From a virus (taxonomy: Duplodnaviria; Caudoviricetes), in the IMG/VR virus record IMGVR_UViG_3300005805_000372, positions 1-27,482 of that record: DNA of 27,482 bases. One strand, given 5' to 3'. A model generated the notes under the pieces. That model searched no databases, was not told where the DNA came from, and saw only the letters and a list, made by a program, of their open reading frames with translations. Both the position numbers and the translations under genes were made by a program. Below are positions 8,997 through 19,475 of the stretch, one piece after another (position 1 is the first letter of the stretch; each line of letters begins with the position of its first letter).

Positions 8997-10835
8997 ATGG
9001 CAAATCGAAACATATCATATACAACGAGAGACTATCAGGCAATAAGAACTGAATTATTAAATTATGTAAGAACGTATTATCCGGATTTAATACAAGATTT
9101 CAACGATGCTTCGGTGTTTTCAGTATTTCTTGATATGAATGCGGCAGTTGCGGACAATCTACACTATCACATTGATAGAAGTATACAAGAGACGGTGCTT
9201 CAATATGCGCAACAAAAGTCCTCAATTTATAATATCGCGAGAACTTATGGTTTGAAGTTACCGGGACAAAGACCATCAGTATCTTTGGTTGATTTTTCTA
9301 TTACCGTTCCTGCTTTTGGGGATAAGGAGGATGAAAGATATTTGGGTATTTTAGCAAGAGGGTCGCAAGTTACAGGTGCTGGAGTTGTTTTTGAAAATGT
9401 TTATGATATTGATTTTGCGTCACCATACAATGCACAAGGGTACCCAAACAGATTAAAAATACCAAATTTCAACGCAAATAATGTTCTTATAAATTACACA
9501 ATTACCAAGAGAGAAATTGTTGTAAATGGTATCACTAAAGTTTTCAAAAAAGTAATTACACCTAGTGACGTAAGACCTTTCTTCGAATTATTCTTACCTG
9601 AAAAAAATGTTTTAGGGATTACAAGTGTTTTGTTGAAAAGCGGTACCAATTATACCAATGTTCCTTCAGTTGCAGAATTTTTGGGAATTGAAAATAGATG
9701 GTATGAAGTCGATGCATTGGCTGAGGATAGAATTTTTGTTGAAGATCCTACTAAAGTTTCAGATCAACCTGGTATCAAGGTAGGTAGATATATTCAAACT
9801 CAAAATAGATTTATTTCTGAATTTACACCTGAAGGATTCAAAAAAATGACTTTCGGAGGTGGAACAAACACCGCACAAGATGCATTGAATCAATTCACAA
9901 CTTTGGGAGTAACGTTAGACTTACAAAGATATTCTAATAATTTATCTTTGGGATCTGCGTTGATACCTAACTCTACTTTGTTCGTTCAATATAGAGTAGG
10001 TGGTGGGTTATCAACAAATTTAGGAACTAATGTTATAAATCAAATTGGAACTGTATCTTTTTTTGTGAATGGTCCTTCCGAGTTAACAAATAGTTCGGTA
10101 ATTAATTCTTTGAGATGTAATAATGTAACCGCAGCAATAGGTGGTGCAGGAGTTCCATCGTTAGAAGAAATTAGAAATTATGTTGCGTTTAATTTCGCAG
10201 CACAGAAAAGGGCGGTGACGGTACAGGATTATGAATCGATAATCAGGAATATGCCATCAGAATTCGGGGCACCCGCTAAAGTTTCCATAACTGAAAACAA
10301 CAACAAAATATTAATACAAATACTTTCATATGATACTTCTGGAAAACTCACACCGATTGTATCGAATACGTTACGACAGAACATTGCGAATTATCTTTCA
10401 AATTATCGTATGTTGAATGATTATATTTCTATATTAAGTGCCGATGTTATCGACCTAAGTGTGGAAATCTCAATCGTCTTGGATTCCGCTCAAAATTCCG
10501 GACAAGTTATTGCAAATGTCGTCGATAAGATTGCGATTTATTTCAACCCGCAGACTCGAGAAATGGGACAAAATGTATATTTGTCGGAGATAAGAAGTAT
10601 AGTTCAAACCCAAAATGGGGTTCTTACAGTTGCTGGTCTGAGCGTTTTCAATAACGTAGGAGGTCAATACTCATCATCCGAAACGTCTATGGAATACGAG
10701 GATCCGGAAACAAGAAAAATTCTACCTGTTGATGATACAATTTTTGCCCTTCCATCGCAAGTTTATCAAATTAGATATCCGGCAAAAGATATTAAAGTAT
10801 TAGTGAAAAACTTCCAATCAACAACTTTTTCTTAA
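8997..10835 (+). CDS. Baseplate wedge protein, T4 gp6 / baseplate J-like
   Basis: N-terminal RDYQAIRTEL...DFNDAS, SIYNIARTYG, YRVGGG..TN, GGAG..SLEEIR and QKRAVTVQDY. Directly follows the gp25-like gene. Confidence 0.88.
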   Translation: MANRNISYTTRDYQAIRTELLNYVRTYYPDLIQDFNDASVFSVFLDMNAAVADNLHYHIDRSIQETVLQYAQQKSSIYNIARTYGLKLPGQRPSVSLVDFSITVPAFGDKEDERYLGILARGSQVTGAGVVFENVYDIDFASPYNAQGYPNRLKIPNFNANNVLINYTITKREIVVNGITKVFKKVITPSDVRPFFELFLPEKNVLGITSVLLKSGTNYTNVPSVAEFLGIENRWYEVDALAEDRIFVEDPTKVSDQPGIKVGRYIQTQNRFISEFTPEGFKKMTFGGGTNTAQDALNQFTTLGVTLDLQRYSNNLSLGSALIPNSTLFVQYRVGGGLSTNLGTNVINQIGTVSFFVNGPSELTNSSVINSLRCNNVTAAIGGAGVPSLEEIRNYVAFNFAAQKRAVTVQDYESIIRNMPSEFGAPAKVSITENNNKILIQILSYDTSGKLTPIVSNTLRQNIANYLSNYRMLNDYISILSADVIDLSVEISIVLDSAQNSGQVIANVVDKIAIYFNPQTREMGQNVYLSEIRSIVQTQNGVLTVAGLSVFNNVGGQYSSSETSMEYEDPETRKILPVDDTIFALPSQVYQIRYPAKDIKVLVKNFQSTTFS

Positions 10836-10959
10836 TCCTTTACGTACAGAGTCTACTAGCTTAAGTATTTCCTAAATTCGATATATCATATAAATTTATG
10901 GTTGGATGGACTGTGCGAAGTTTAATCGTTTGTTGGTTCGAATAAATGAATAATTTCAA

Positions 10960-10966
10960 TATTTAT
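10960..10966 (+). promoter_or_regulatory. Candidate late-promoter motif TATTTAT
   Basis: In the 196-bp gap, 65 nt upstream of the ATG at 11032. Confidence 0.3.
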
Positions 10967-11031
10967 CATAATGAGTGATTTTTGGCTTCCAATAGTACAG
11001 AAATAATTAATTAAACTCTAATCAAAATAAA

Positions 11032-14000
11032 ATGGGAGACTCATACAGATTAAGGACCCAAGTTGGTATTAATCAGACGATAAACGTTCAACTAGATCAA
11101 GAGTTTGAATTCTTAGAAATATTGTCATTAAAAATCCAACAATCAGACATATACACAAGAAGTTGTGCTGATTATGGTGTTCTTGTTGGACGGGTCATTG
11201 CTAATAATGGATTTGGAATTCCAAATGCAAAAGTATCAGTATTTATCCCGTTGAGTCCAATCGATGAATCCAACCCAATCATAACTAGTATCTACCCGTA
11301 CAAATCACCACAAGATAGAAATGAAGATGGATTTAGATATAACTTGTTACCATATGAAAAATCATATCCATCTCATTCTCCTACTGGTACATTTCCTTCT
11401 AGATTAGATGTACTGACAGGTAATACCGCAGTCGACATATACGACAGATATTATAAGTTCACAACAAAAACTAATTCCAGTGGGGATTATATGATTATGG
11501 GAGTTCCATTAGGTTCTCAGAGTATAGTTATGGATTTGGATTTATCAGATATTGGAGAATTCTCTCTTACACCACAAGATTTAATTAGAATGGGATTGGC
11601 AAATGAGTCTCAAGTTAACGGTAGTGAATTTCGAACTTCTGAAGACCTAAATTCATTACCTCAAATTATAAACATTACTAAAAATATTGAAGTTTCTCCT
11701 TTATGGGGAGACCCGTCTATTTGTCAAATTGCTATAAACAGATTAGATTTTGATTTAAGAGATGAATTGAACATCGACATACAACCCACCGCGGTGTTCA
11801 TCGGTTCGATTTTTTCCTCTTCGTTAAACAATAGAGTACGACCTGGTTCATTATCTGATAGTGTCATTTCTTCAAAAATGGGCAGTCTGTGTAATTTGGA
11901 AACAGGACCCGGTCAGATTTTATCAATCAGACAAACAATACAACAGGACAAAGATGGTAATCCTATTTTAGAGGTATATGGGTTAGGAAATTCGGGTAAT
12001 CTTATAGATGGTGATGGAACATGGATGGTGGAATTACCAATGAATTTAGAATACATATCAACAAATGAATTTGGAGAAAGGGTGGTTTCAACAGACGGAA
12101 CAGTTGGTATTCCTACCAAAGGTAAATATAGGTTCAAAATAAAATGGAAACAACCAACAAATAATAGTCAACAAAAAAGAAGGGCATACTTTTTGGTTCC
12201 GAACGTTAGAGAGTATGGATGGGACTTACAGGGTGATAACGACCCTAATTTTGAGACTAACTTCCAATTGAACAGTTATAAACAACTTAGAAGTTCATAT
12301 TATTTTGGGTTAGATTGGACTGGATATACAAATGGTATTACCAGTAAAACCTTGAGAAATGAAAAATTAAATCAAATCATAGATTGTCAGGATACATTTT
12401 ATGAATTTTCCTACAATAGAGTATACACTGTATCTAATTTAATAGACCAATTCAAAAGTGGTGGTATAGGTTCTTTTGTAGGTATAAAAGAAATACAGGA
12501 CCAAAGTTGCTCTGAAACGACAAACAAATTTCCTGTAAATGAGGCATATCCAAATCCGAATGCGGACATCAATAGGTTTATAACTCAAATAAATGCGTTA
12601 TATACTTTATATGCGAGACTAATTTGGGTCCTTAACATACTTTTAGCACCAATTGGGTCTCTTCTAGCTTTATTTGGTGGACCTTGTATAGGACCAATTT
12701 TCAAATTACCTATGATTACATATCCTGAGTGTGAAGAATGCCAATGTGATGCAACTGAAGTACCATTTCCAGATACTAATAACCAAACACCACCACCTCC
12801 TGAAGGTATACTTACTCAATTTTCGAACCCACAATTTTATGTAGATTCTCTTACCGATTATTTTATTTCACAGGGAATTCAGAATAACGTTGATTTATAT
12901 GTTGAAATGGCTTCAGATGTTTTAGCATCAAATTCACCGTTTGGTTCGCTTAAGAATGTTCCAAAATCAAGAGAGTTATATTTTGGTGAAGAAGGTGTTT
13001 CGAGATTTGCATATTCAGTAGATTTACCTTTGGCTGAGAGGATAAACGTATTTAATGGTAGGAAGAATTATTTCGATGGGATTAACAAGATTAAAGTTTC
13101 ATTCAACACAAGTTCTAACGTAGGAGTTTTTCATTACGATAATTGTTTAGTTATAATTACAAACGAACAACTGACACCGGGAGATATGTTGACAGTAAAT
13201 AATCCTAATAATACGGGTGACGTAAATTTCTTGGGACAAGGAATTGGGGTAACTTATGATGAATTTGGCAATCCCAATGGAGATGTTGAAGCATCTAGTA
13301 GATGTCCTGGAACGACCATTTTTCCGAATGAGATAAATGTAAGTTATGCTGAAAGCCAAACTACATCACAGACTGTTTCTTATGTAGTTACATCAGGATT
13401 TGATTACACTCAGGTGAGTTTCCCATCAGATGTAGAATATTTTCAAGTTATATATAGTAGTTCAATTCCTGAGGTAGAACAGTTATGGGATACATCTACA
13501 CCACAAAGTTTTCCGAATGTTTTATCTTCTAGTGTCAATGTAGTTTTTGCTAAAACAGATACAAATAATACTACGAGTTACAAATTCGACACACAAATTC
13601 CATTTCAGTCATACAAATATTTCCAAAATATAGAGGGAAAATATGTTACGATATTACAGAGAGGTGTCGATCCTTATTCACCTAAATATCCGAATAAATA
13701 TAGTTTAGGTAAAATATTTGGTTTAGATATGGATGATTTAATCGTGGAAGTAGATGCTAGGTTAAACATACCTATACAACCTCTACCGAACACAAACTTA
13801 TCAGTACAAGTTCCGAGTCAAAACGGAATGATGTATCCATCGTATTTCTTCCAACCACAACCTTGGAATCCTGAAACATTAACGGGTTATTTAGGATTTA
13901 CAACTATACCTCCCATAAATTATGGAAGTATTGATGCGGATTATAATAATATTGGTATGAATACCCTTCCATTAACGAATGGTGTATTGTCTAAAGTGAC

Positions 14001-15771
14001 TAAAACCAACAATGTGTTTTGGTCTTTTTCACCTCAATCAACAAAATATGATTCTGCCGAAGACTTATCTGGTGTTGGATTTTTATATGGGGATTTTCCT
14101 ATACCTGGATTTAACCAGAATTTTACATATAGTTACATAAACATGTTGTATTATTCTCCAATTTTTGTTGGTGCTTATCAAATCTCAAATCCTAATAAAA
14201 CTATAATTAGAACAGATAGGTTACCTTCTTCGGATAATGAGAATGAATTTCTAAATACAAACATAAACAAATACCCGTTATTACAGCAGAATCAATTTTT
14301 CAGAATGTATGTGTTTACGGAAGATAATGAAATCATTGACATAACGCAACCTGGGGATATACGTGTACCACCATCTAATCCTCAAGACATAGATGGACTA
14401 CCTGGGTCACAAAACATTTTGGATACATTACAATGTGAAAACATGGTAAGTATAAAATGTTATGAAGGATTTGGAGAAACATTCAGTGTGAATCCTAACT
14501 GTGCGGAAAGTGACAGAGTAGAAAAGGGATGTTATATTATAGGAAAATGCTTAGGTACACCACGTGGTATCATAAATGATTTGAATGCTTTGACAGAATG
14601 GAGAATAAGAAAAATTTTGATGTATTCTATATGTAATGGATTTTTATCTGAATCTTTCACAAATAATTGGATTAATGGGACTTTATTTATGTTTCCTATT
14701 CAAATTAACAAAAATTTCACATCTAATAACACAGCAACTTACAAGTATCCACGTAACGTGACATTTTTTGACGACCAAACAAATAATCTTTATTATAGAA
14801 GTAGTCCATATCATTTTACTGCACTTAAGAAAGAATTTGTAGGTAAAAACGCTGAGAATATAATAGGAAATATTAACAATAAAAATCTTCTATTTCCAAC
14901 AACTATAGTTGATTTAGGCTTCAAATCTGAAGTATATTCCGAAATCATACCTACCCCTGATACTAAAGCTTATGTGGTTAACCAATTAGATTCAACCTCA
15001 TATGGGGATAATACAGATTTGGTGAACTTATTTGCGATATCGAGATTAACAAACGCATCTTTTTGGGCTAACCTATCACCAACAGGTGTTTTAGGTGCGT
15101 TATTTAATAGATATACAAATGTTCTACAAAATTTATTTAACTCAAGAGTGGATGCTGATTTTGCTCAATTGAGCTCAATAAATTCGGAAGTAGGAAATAT
15201 TGATTTTACGTCTGATTTTTACACATTCAATCCTAGTGATCCAAATAATTCAACAATTATTACAGGTACTTCAGACAAACCAGTTATGGGAGTTTGGTTC
15301 TCCTCAACAACTGAGGATTTACAGATAAAAGACTTCATGACTCCGGGGAAAATTAATTTTACCGCAGACAATGGGTCGGTATTTCCATATACATTTGGTA
15401 TTAAATCCCAAGTTGTTCCAATGTATAGGTGGAAACTAAAAACTACAAGTATAATATTTGGTAATCAACAAAATGATTGGATAACATCTAAAACAGATGG
15501 TAATGGTCCTGGTTTTGTTGCTAAACCATACCAATCTTTAGATAGAGAAACGATTGGGGAATATTTTGTATCAAACATTGTGACACAAAACGAAGATAAA
15601 AGGGGATATATATTCAGTAGGGATGCGAATGGGGACTATTCTTTGAATGGGGCGAACGGGAGAGATAAGTTTATAGTCGGTGCTCCTTTCCATTTTTATT
15701 TCGGTATAAAAAAAGGGTTTTCAGCTTTCGATAAATTTTCTCAAAAATATCTACCAAGTGAAGAAATATAG
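11032..15771 (+). CDS. Large putative virion structural protein (1579 aa)
   Basis: Uninterrupted ORF in the baseplate block. The N-terminal GRVIANNGFGIPNAKVSVF resembles a carboxypeptidase-regulatory/prealbumin-like fold. It has an internal hydrophobic segment and Cys clusters. Confidence 0.7.
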   Translation: MGDSYRLRTQVGINQTINVQLDQEFEFLEILSLKIQQSDIYTRSCADYGVLVGRVIANNGFGIPNAKVSVFIPLSPIDESNPIITSIYPYKSPQDRNEDGFRYNLLPYEKSYPSHSPTGTFPSRLDVLTGNTAVDIYDRYYKFTTKTNSSGDYMIMGVPLGSQSIVMDLDLSDIGEFSLTPQDLIRMGLANESQVNGSEFRTSEDLNSLPQIINITKNIEVSPLWGDPSICQIAINRLDFDLRDELNIDIQPTAVFIGSIFSSSLNNRVRPGSLSDSVISSKMGSLCNLETGPGQILSIRQTIQQDKDGNPILEVYGLGNSGNLIDGDGTWMVELPMNLEYISTNEFGERVVSTDGTVGIPTKGKYRFKIKWKQPTNNSQQKRRAYFLVPNVREYGWDLQGDNDPNFETNFQLNSYKQLRSSYYFGLDWTGYTNGITSKTLRNEKLNQIIDCQDTFYEFSYNRVYTVSNLIDQFKSGGIGSFVGIKEIQDQSCSETTNKFPVNEAYPNPNADINRFITQINALYTLYARLIWVLNILLAPIGSLLALFGGPCIGPIFKLPMITYPECEECQCDATEVPFPDTNNQTPPPPEGILTQFSNPQFYVDSLTDYFISQGIQNNVDLYVEMASDVLASNSPFGSLKNVPKSRELYFGEEGVSRFAYSVDLPLAERINVFNGRKNYFDGINKIKVSFNTSSNVGVFHYDNCLVIITNEQLTPGDMLTVNNPNNTGDVNFLGQGIGVTYDEFGNPNGDVEASSRCPGTTIFPNEINVSYAESQTTSQTVSYVVTSGFDYTQVSFPSDVEYFQVIYSSSIPEVEQLWDTSTPQSFPNVLSSSVNVVFAKTDTNNTTSYKFDTQIPFQSYKYFQNIEGKYVTILQRGVDPYSPKYPNKYSLGKIFGLDMDDLIVEVDARLNIPIQPLPNTNLSVQVPSQNGMMYPSYFFQPQPWNPETLTGYLGFTTIPPINYGSIDADYNNIGMNTLPLTNGVLSKVTKTNNVFWSFSPQSTKYDSAEDLSGVGFLYGDFPIPGFNQNFTYSYINMLYYSPIFVGAYQISNPNKTIIRTDRLPSSDNENEFLNTNINKYPLLQQNQFFRMYVFTEDNEIIDITQPGDIRVPPSNPQDIDGLPGSQNILDTLQCENMVSIKCYEGFGETFSVNPNCAESDRVEKGCYIIGKCLGTPRGIINDLNALTEWRIRKILMYSICNGFLSESFTNNWINGTLFMFPIQINKNFTSNNTATYKYPRNVTFFDDQTNNLYYRSSPYHFTALKKEFVGKNAENIIGNINNKNLLFPTTIVDLGFKSEVYSEIIPTPDTKAYVVNQLDSTSYGDNTDLVNLFAISRLTNASFWANLSPTGVLGALFNRYTNVLQNLFNSRVDADFAQLSSINSEVGNIDFTSDFYTFNPSDPNNSTIITGTSDKPVMGVWFSSTTEDLQIKDFMTPGKINFTADNGSVFPYTFGIKSQVVPMYRWKLKTTSIIFGNQQNDWITSKTDGNGPGFVAKPYQSLDRETIGEYFVSNIVTQNEDKRGYIFSRDANGDYSLNGANGRDKFIVGAPFHFYFGIKKGFSAFDKFSQKYLPSEEI

Positions 15772-17476
15772 TCTTATACCTAGTAATCTACAATATCAGG
15801 GTTCTCCTGGAGTTGACCAAGAAATTTCTATTTCTTTGGAAGAACAACAGGAATTGTTGGTAGAATATGAAAGGAGTGCAACTATAAGTTTAGCGCAGGT
15901 TTATGACGATGAAAGACAGAAGTCAACAGTATTTCGACCAACATTTAAGGTTACATATCTTTATGACAATACCCTAACAGGAACGACCACATATTCTCCA
16001 TTCAGAGACAATCTTTACTATATTGATGCGGTGAACTCTAAAGTTTCGGGAATCTGGAAAGGTTTTCCTCAATATTATGAGTTTGATTTCTTTAGACCTG
16101 AAATTTCTGATGGACACTTAAATTATAAGGCAAAGAGTGCTTATACGTATAATTGGATGTATTATTTAACATATCCTAGTCAAAATGACGAAAATAAACC
16201 ATTGTTTTATGCAAATTCTCAATACGGAAATATCTCGTGGGTGGCTAAAGATGGAATTCCATTTTATTTATTTAATTCGACTAATAATGGGAATAAAGTC
16301 ATCTCATTTAGATGTATTGCACCTCATGGTCTATCGGTAGGAGAATGGGTAGAACTTTCTATTTCTTATAATCAAAATAAACTTTTTCAGGTAAACATTT
16401 TAGGAAATGGGACAGCGGGAAGTGAATTGAATATTTTTGGAATATATAATGTAGGATACACAGGGACTACATTCAATTCAGGTAAAAATGGTACATTCAA
16501 ACGAGTTATCAACCCTGATAATATTACTGAAACAAAATCTAAATACTATATTCGACAACATAAAGTTCTAACTAATCTTAACGAGATAGCCGCTGTAAAA
16601 AATGGTTTCGAAAAAAATATATTTGTTGATAGCGTAAAATTTGAATATAGTTCAATTACACCAAATTTAATCTCAAGAATATCCCAAAAAAGTAATAGTG
16701 ATTCCTATAATTTTACTTCTAACATTGATATAAATATCGCAGGATTATTAGACAATCAAAAAAGACCGGTTCACGAATTATATTTAACAATTCTGAATAA
16801 AGGTTATTCTGGATACTTTAATTATCCAAACCAAAATGTTGGTCTAAAACAAGGATGGCAATTTAATATATCCCAAAAACCTAATCCATGGTGGGATTAT
16901 AATGAAATAAAATCCAATACAAATATTTCTGTTGATTCGTACACCGTACAAGGACAAACGACAAGAACATTTTATTATAATCGAGATCTAAATATGGGAG
17001 ATATTATTGACGGTGACTTTTGTGAATGGAATGATTATGAACAATTCGAGAGAGTTATTTCACCATATTATCAAAAAATCAAATATAACGAATCCAATTT
17101 TCAAACTGTTCCTACAACAAACCAACAAAATCAGCAATACGCTACCAATGCTCCGGGATATTATTATAACCCACATCAGAAGATGACTATTCGGGTTTTT
17201 TCTAATTCTATTGAAACGGGAGAAATAAATACAATTGATAACATACCTTCTTACTCTTACTACTCGAGATCGGACCGTAAATTCAGATGGAGAGATTTAT
17301 ATACTTATGGATTTGTTGATGACGAAGGTCGAGGTGTGGATTATCCATACTTGAATAGTGCTCATTATCCTTTTTCGAATGTTGTGTTTAGGTTAATACC
17401 AGAAGGGTCTAACTTGAGTGAAGGATTTGATAGTCTAAATATTATTACAAAACCAATTGAAGATGACTGCGAATAA
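15758..17476 (+). CDS. Hypothetical putative virion protein (572 aa)
   Basis: Long ORF with a GTG start overlapping the upstream gene by 14 nt. Rich in N, Y and T. Function inferred from context only. Confidence 0.7.
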   Translation: MKKYSLIPSNLQYQGSPGVDQEISISLEEQQELLVEYERSATISLAQVYDDERQKSTVFRPTFKVTYLYDNTLTGTTTYSPFRDNLYYIDAVNSKVSGIWKGFPQYYEFDFFRPEISDGHLNYKAKSAYTYNWMYYLTYPSQNDENKPLFYANSQYGNISWVAKDGIPFYLFNSTNNGNKVISFRCIAPHGLSVGEWVELSISYNQNKLFQVNILGNGTAGSELNIFGIYNVGYTGTTFNSGKNGTFKRVINPDNITETKSKYYIRQHKVLTNLNEIAAVKNGFEKNIFVDSVKFEYSSITPNLISRISQKSNSDSYNFTSNIDINIAGLLDNQKRPVHELYLTILNKGYSGYFNYPNQNVGLKQGWQFNISQKPNPWWDYNEIKSNTNISVDSYTVQGQTTRTFYYNRDLNMGDIIDGDFCEWNDYEQFERVISPYYQKIKYNESNFQTVPTTNQQNQQYATNAPGYYYNPHQKMTIRVFSNSIETGEINTIDNIPSYSYYSRSDRKFRWRDLYTYGFVDDEGRGVDYPYLNSAHYPFSNVVFRLIPEGSNLSEGFDSLNIITKPIEDDCE

Positions 17477-18344
17477 ATTTTTTATAAGACAGGATGGATT
17501 CACTGATAAAACCATCAACATACCAGTTGAACTCAGTTGGGATTATTTGGGATTGGATGACGCTTTAGATGAATATGAAAATAAGATAATTGAGGACGTA
17601 ATTGGGACGGGTAGGGATTTCGAAGTTACAAGATTTACACATGCACCCTCGGATGGTACATCTGAATCCACAGAAATTAATTATGAATTTTATTTCTATT
17701 CAGGAGGGGAACTCAACAACATTTATAATTGGTCCAATAATTACATAGCAGAGGGATTTACCGCTCAAGAAATTTTCTATTTTTCAAATAGTTTTGCCAA
17801 TTCCTTCTTTAAGTTGGACTTCTATGATACGGTAGATGAAAAAAGACAAACAAACTATATCACAATTATCATTCCCACCCAACAGGGATTAAAGACAACT
17901 GCTCTAATGAATAGAACAAATGTTTCAATAAAGAAACCTAAATTTGTATTAGATTTTGTTGGAGACAAAGAAGGTTTTTTTATTTATTGGTTAAAGAAAC
18001 GTACTTTTTTAGATATTTCAACTTTTTATATGACCGCAAAGTTTTTCAATGCTAAAACAGGACAATTTACCAAAATGATGACAGGAAAGGGATTTAATCC
18101 TGGTTCAAATACACCTTGTACTGATCCATGGCCGTCACTAACTTTACAAGATTCTACTCTGGGACCACAGGCGTTTTTATCTTGTGCTGGTAATACCAAA
18201 CCATTCGTATTCGATAATGCGATATATTTTTATTATACTGTCAAGTTAGATTATGAAACCCAAACATATAAGGTATTTAATACTAACGGACAAAGAATGG
18301 GACAAGAAATTCCCATAAAATGGTATCAATATGTGAATCCATGA
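17463..18344 (+). CDS. Hypothetical putative virion protein
   Basis: The ORF track starts at TTG 17457. ATG at 17463 is more plausible and gives a 14-nt overlap like the previous junction. Confidence 0.7.
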   Translation: MTANKFFIRQDGFTDKTINIPVELSWDYLGLDDALDEYENKIIEDVIGTGRDFEVTRFTHAPSDGTSESTEINYEFYFYSGGELNNIYNWSNNYIAEGFTAQEIFYFSNSFANSFFKLDFYDTVDEKRQTNYITIIIPTQQGLKTTALMNRTNVSIKKPKFVLDFVGDKEGFFIYWLKKRTFLDISTFYMTAKFFNAKTGQFTKMMTGKGFNPGSNTPCTDPWPSLTLQDSTLGPQAFLSCAGNTKPFVFDNAIYFYYTVKLDYETQTYKVFNTNGQRMGQEIPIKWYQYVNP

Positions 18345-19453
18345 GTCAAGACCAATTTAAATTTGTTGTTTCTCCAGAAAATATTAAGGGAGATCTCGTA
18401 TTTGTCGAATACAATGGAGAGGAAGTTGGTGTTTATACGGGCATGACTCAAATATTATCGGGTGGACCCAATGGGAGTTCTTTACTCACAGGACTAACTG
18501 TTAATATTTTATTAAGACAAACCTCCGAAGATGGTGGATATTACACACCATTCGATGGTGCAGTTTATCAAAAGGATGTCGTTTCTAACTTTATTTTTTC
18601 TTCAACAACAGATGACCCTTATACGTTTTATGTATATAACACATCCGACGAGTTCCAAAAATTTTTAGAAATATCATCCTACATTTTAGATTGGGGTGAT
18701 GGAGTAAAACAAACTATTTCCACATTTACTCCTAATTATTTATCACATACGTACCCTGAGAGCGAAAAAGAATATGTCATTTCATTGGTACAAACTAATC
18801 CGTGGGGAATAACAAGGGTTGAGAAAAAGATTAAAACACCTTATACTGATATTGTTATACCAAACCCGCAAGGAACAGCGTTTTTTATTCCTCAAGGAGG
18901 AAATTGGTCTGGAACACCAATATCATATGATTACATATTTTCAGGAGATGCTGAGAACACTGTATCCGCTCAAACGTCAAATAATTATACAACAGTACCC
19001 TTCATTATTTCTGGAGTCACAAAATCAAGAATAACTGAATTACAATTGTATGGGACAGTGCCGCCATTACCTCCATTGTATAATACAAAGTATCAAGTGG
19101 GGACACCAATCATTGCGAATGGACAAATTTGGGGGGCGATAACAAATGCGGAGTTTGGAGTTTTTACTGCATATACAATAAATGAAGTTGATTATTACGA
19201 CTATGAAAATGGGTTAACATTATTTTTTGAGACTTCTTCTGGGTTGACCGAGAATAACCTAACAGCAGTTCCGATTACGAAAGATGAGGTGTTACTTAAA
19301 ATTATAGATCAACCACAAATACAAACAAATGTTTTTGTTGAGAGAGGAAAAAATAGTGCGTATGAGAGAGTACAACGACTAGGTGAGGTAGATAATTTGG
19401 GAGATATGATTAATTATGGGTATGGATTTTTTAATGTGGAAAATAAAGGATAA
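18341..19453 (+). CDS. Putative virion protein with a PKD-like Ig domain
   Basis: YILDWGDG...LSHTYP...YVISL is a PKD-like motif. The start is placed at 18341 because of the ATGA overlap with the upstream stop (the track gives 18320). Confidence 0.65.
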   Translation: MSQDQFKFVVSPENIKGDLVFVEYNGEEVGVYTGMTQILSGGPNGSSLLTGLTVNILLRQTSEDGGYYTPFDGAVYQKDVVSNFIFSSTTDDPYTFYVYNTSDEFQKFLEISSYILDWGDGVKQTISTFTPNYLSHTYPESEKEYVISLVQTNPWGITRVEKKIKTPYTDIVIPNPQGTAFFIPQGGNWSGTPISYDYIFSGDAENTVSAQTSNNYTTVPFIISGVTKSRITELQLYGTVPPLPPLYNTKYQVGTPIIANGQIWGAITNAEFGVFTAYTINEVDYYDYENGLTLFFETSSGLTENNLTAVPITKDEVLLKIIDQPQIQTNVFVERGKNSAYERVQRLGEVDNLGDMINYGYGFFNVENKG

Positions 19454-19455
19454 AC

Positions 19456-19463
19456 TATTTATA
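19456..19463 (+). promoter_or_regulatory. Candidate late-promoter motif TATTTATA
   Basis: Occupies the 22-bp gap before the ATG at 19476. Confidence 0.45.
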
Positions 19464-19475
19464 AAATAAAAAAGT

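Noticed and set aside
8524-10835. Type VI secretion system or extracellular contractile injection system (TssE/TssF-like)
   Set aside because: The adjacent phage-type helicase, flap nuclease, RNR and HNH, and the lack of T6SS membrane or ATPase genes, favour a phage.
10898-11006. Mini-ORFs in the 196-bp gap (10898-10945 and 10971-11006)
   Set aside because: At 11-15 codons they are expected by chance and have no supporting feature.
15769-15786. Stop-codon reassignment (TAG or TGA readthrough), as seen in some large phages
   Set aside because: Genes are full length under code 11. The single TAG stop is followed within a few codons by TAG TAA, and TGA stops coincide with the starts of following genes.
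328-19034. Short nested or antisense ORFs (328..513, 1076..1324, 4164..4379, 5082..5342, 5292..5474, 5659..5940, 10470..10667, 11913..12137, 13147..13359, 18819..19034)
   Set aside because: All lie within longer, well-supported + strand genes and show no recognisable motifs.
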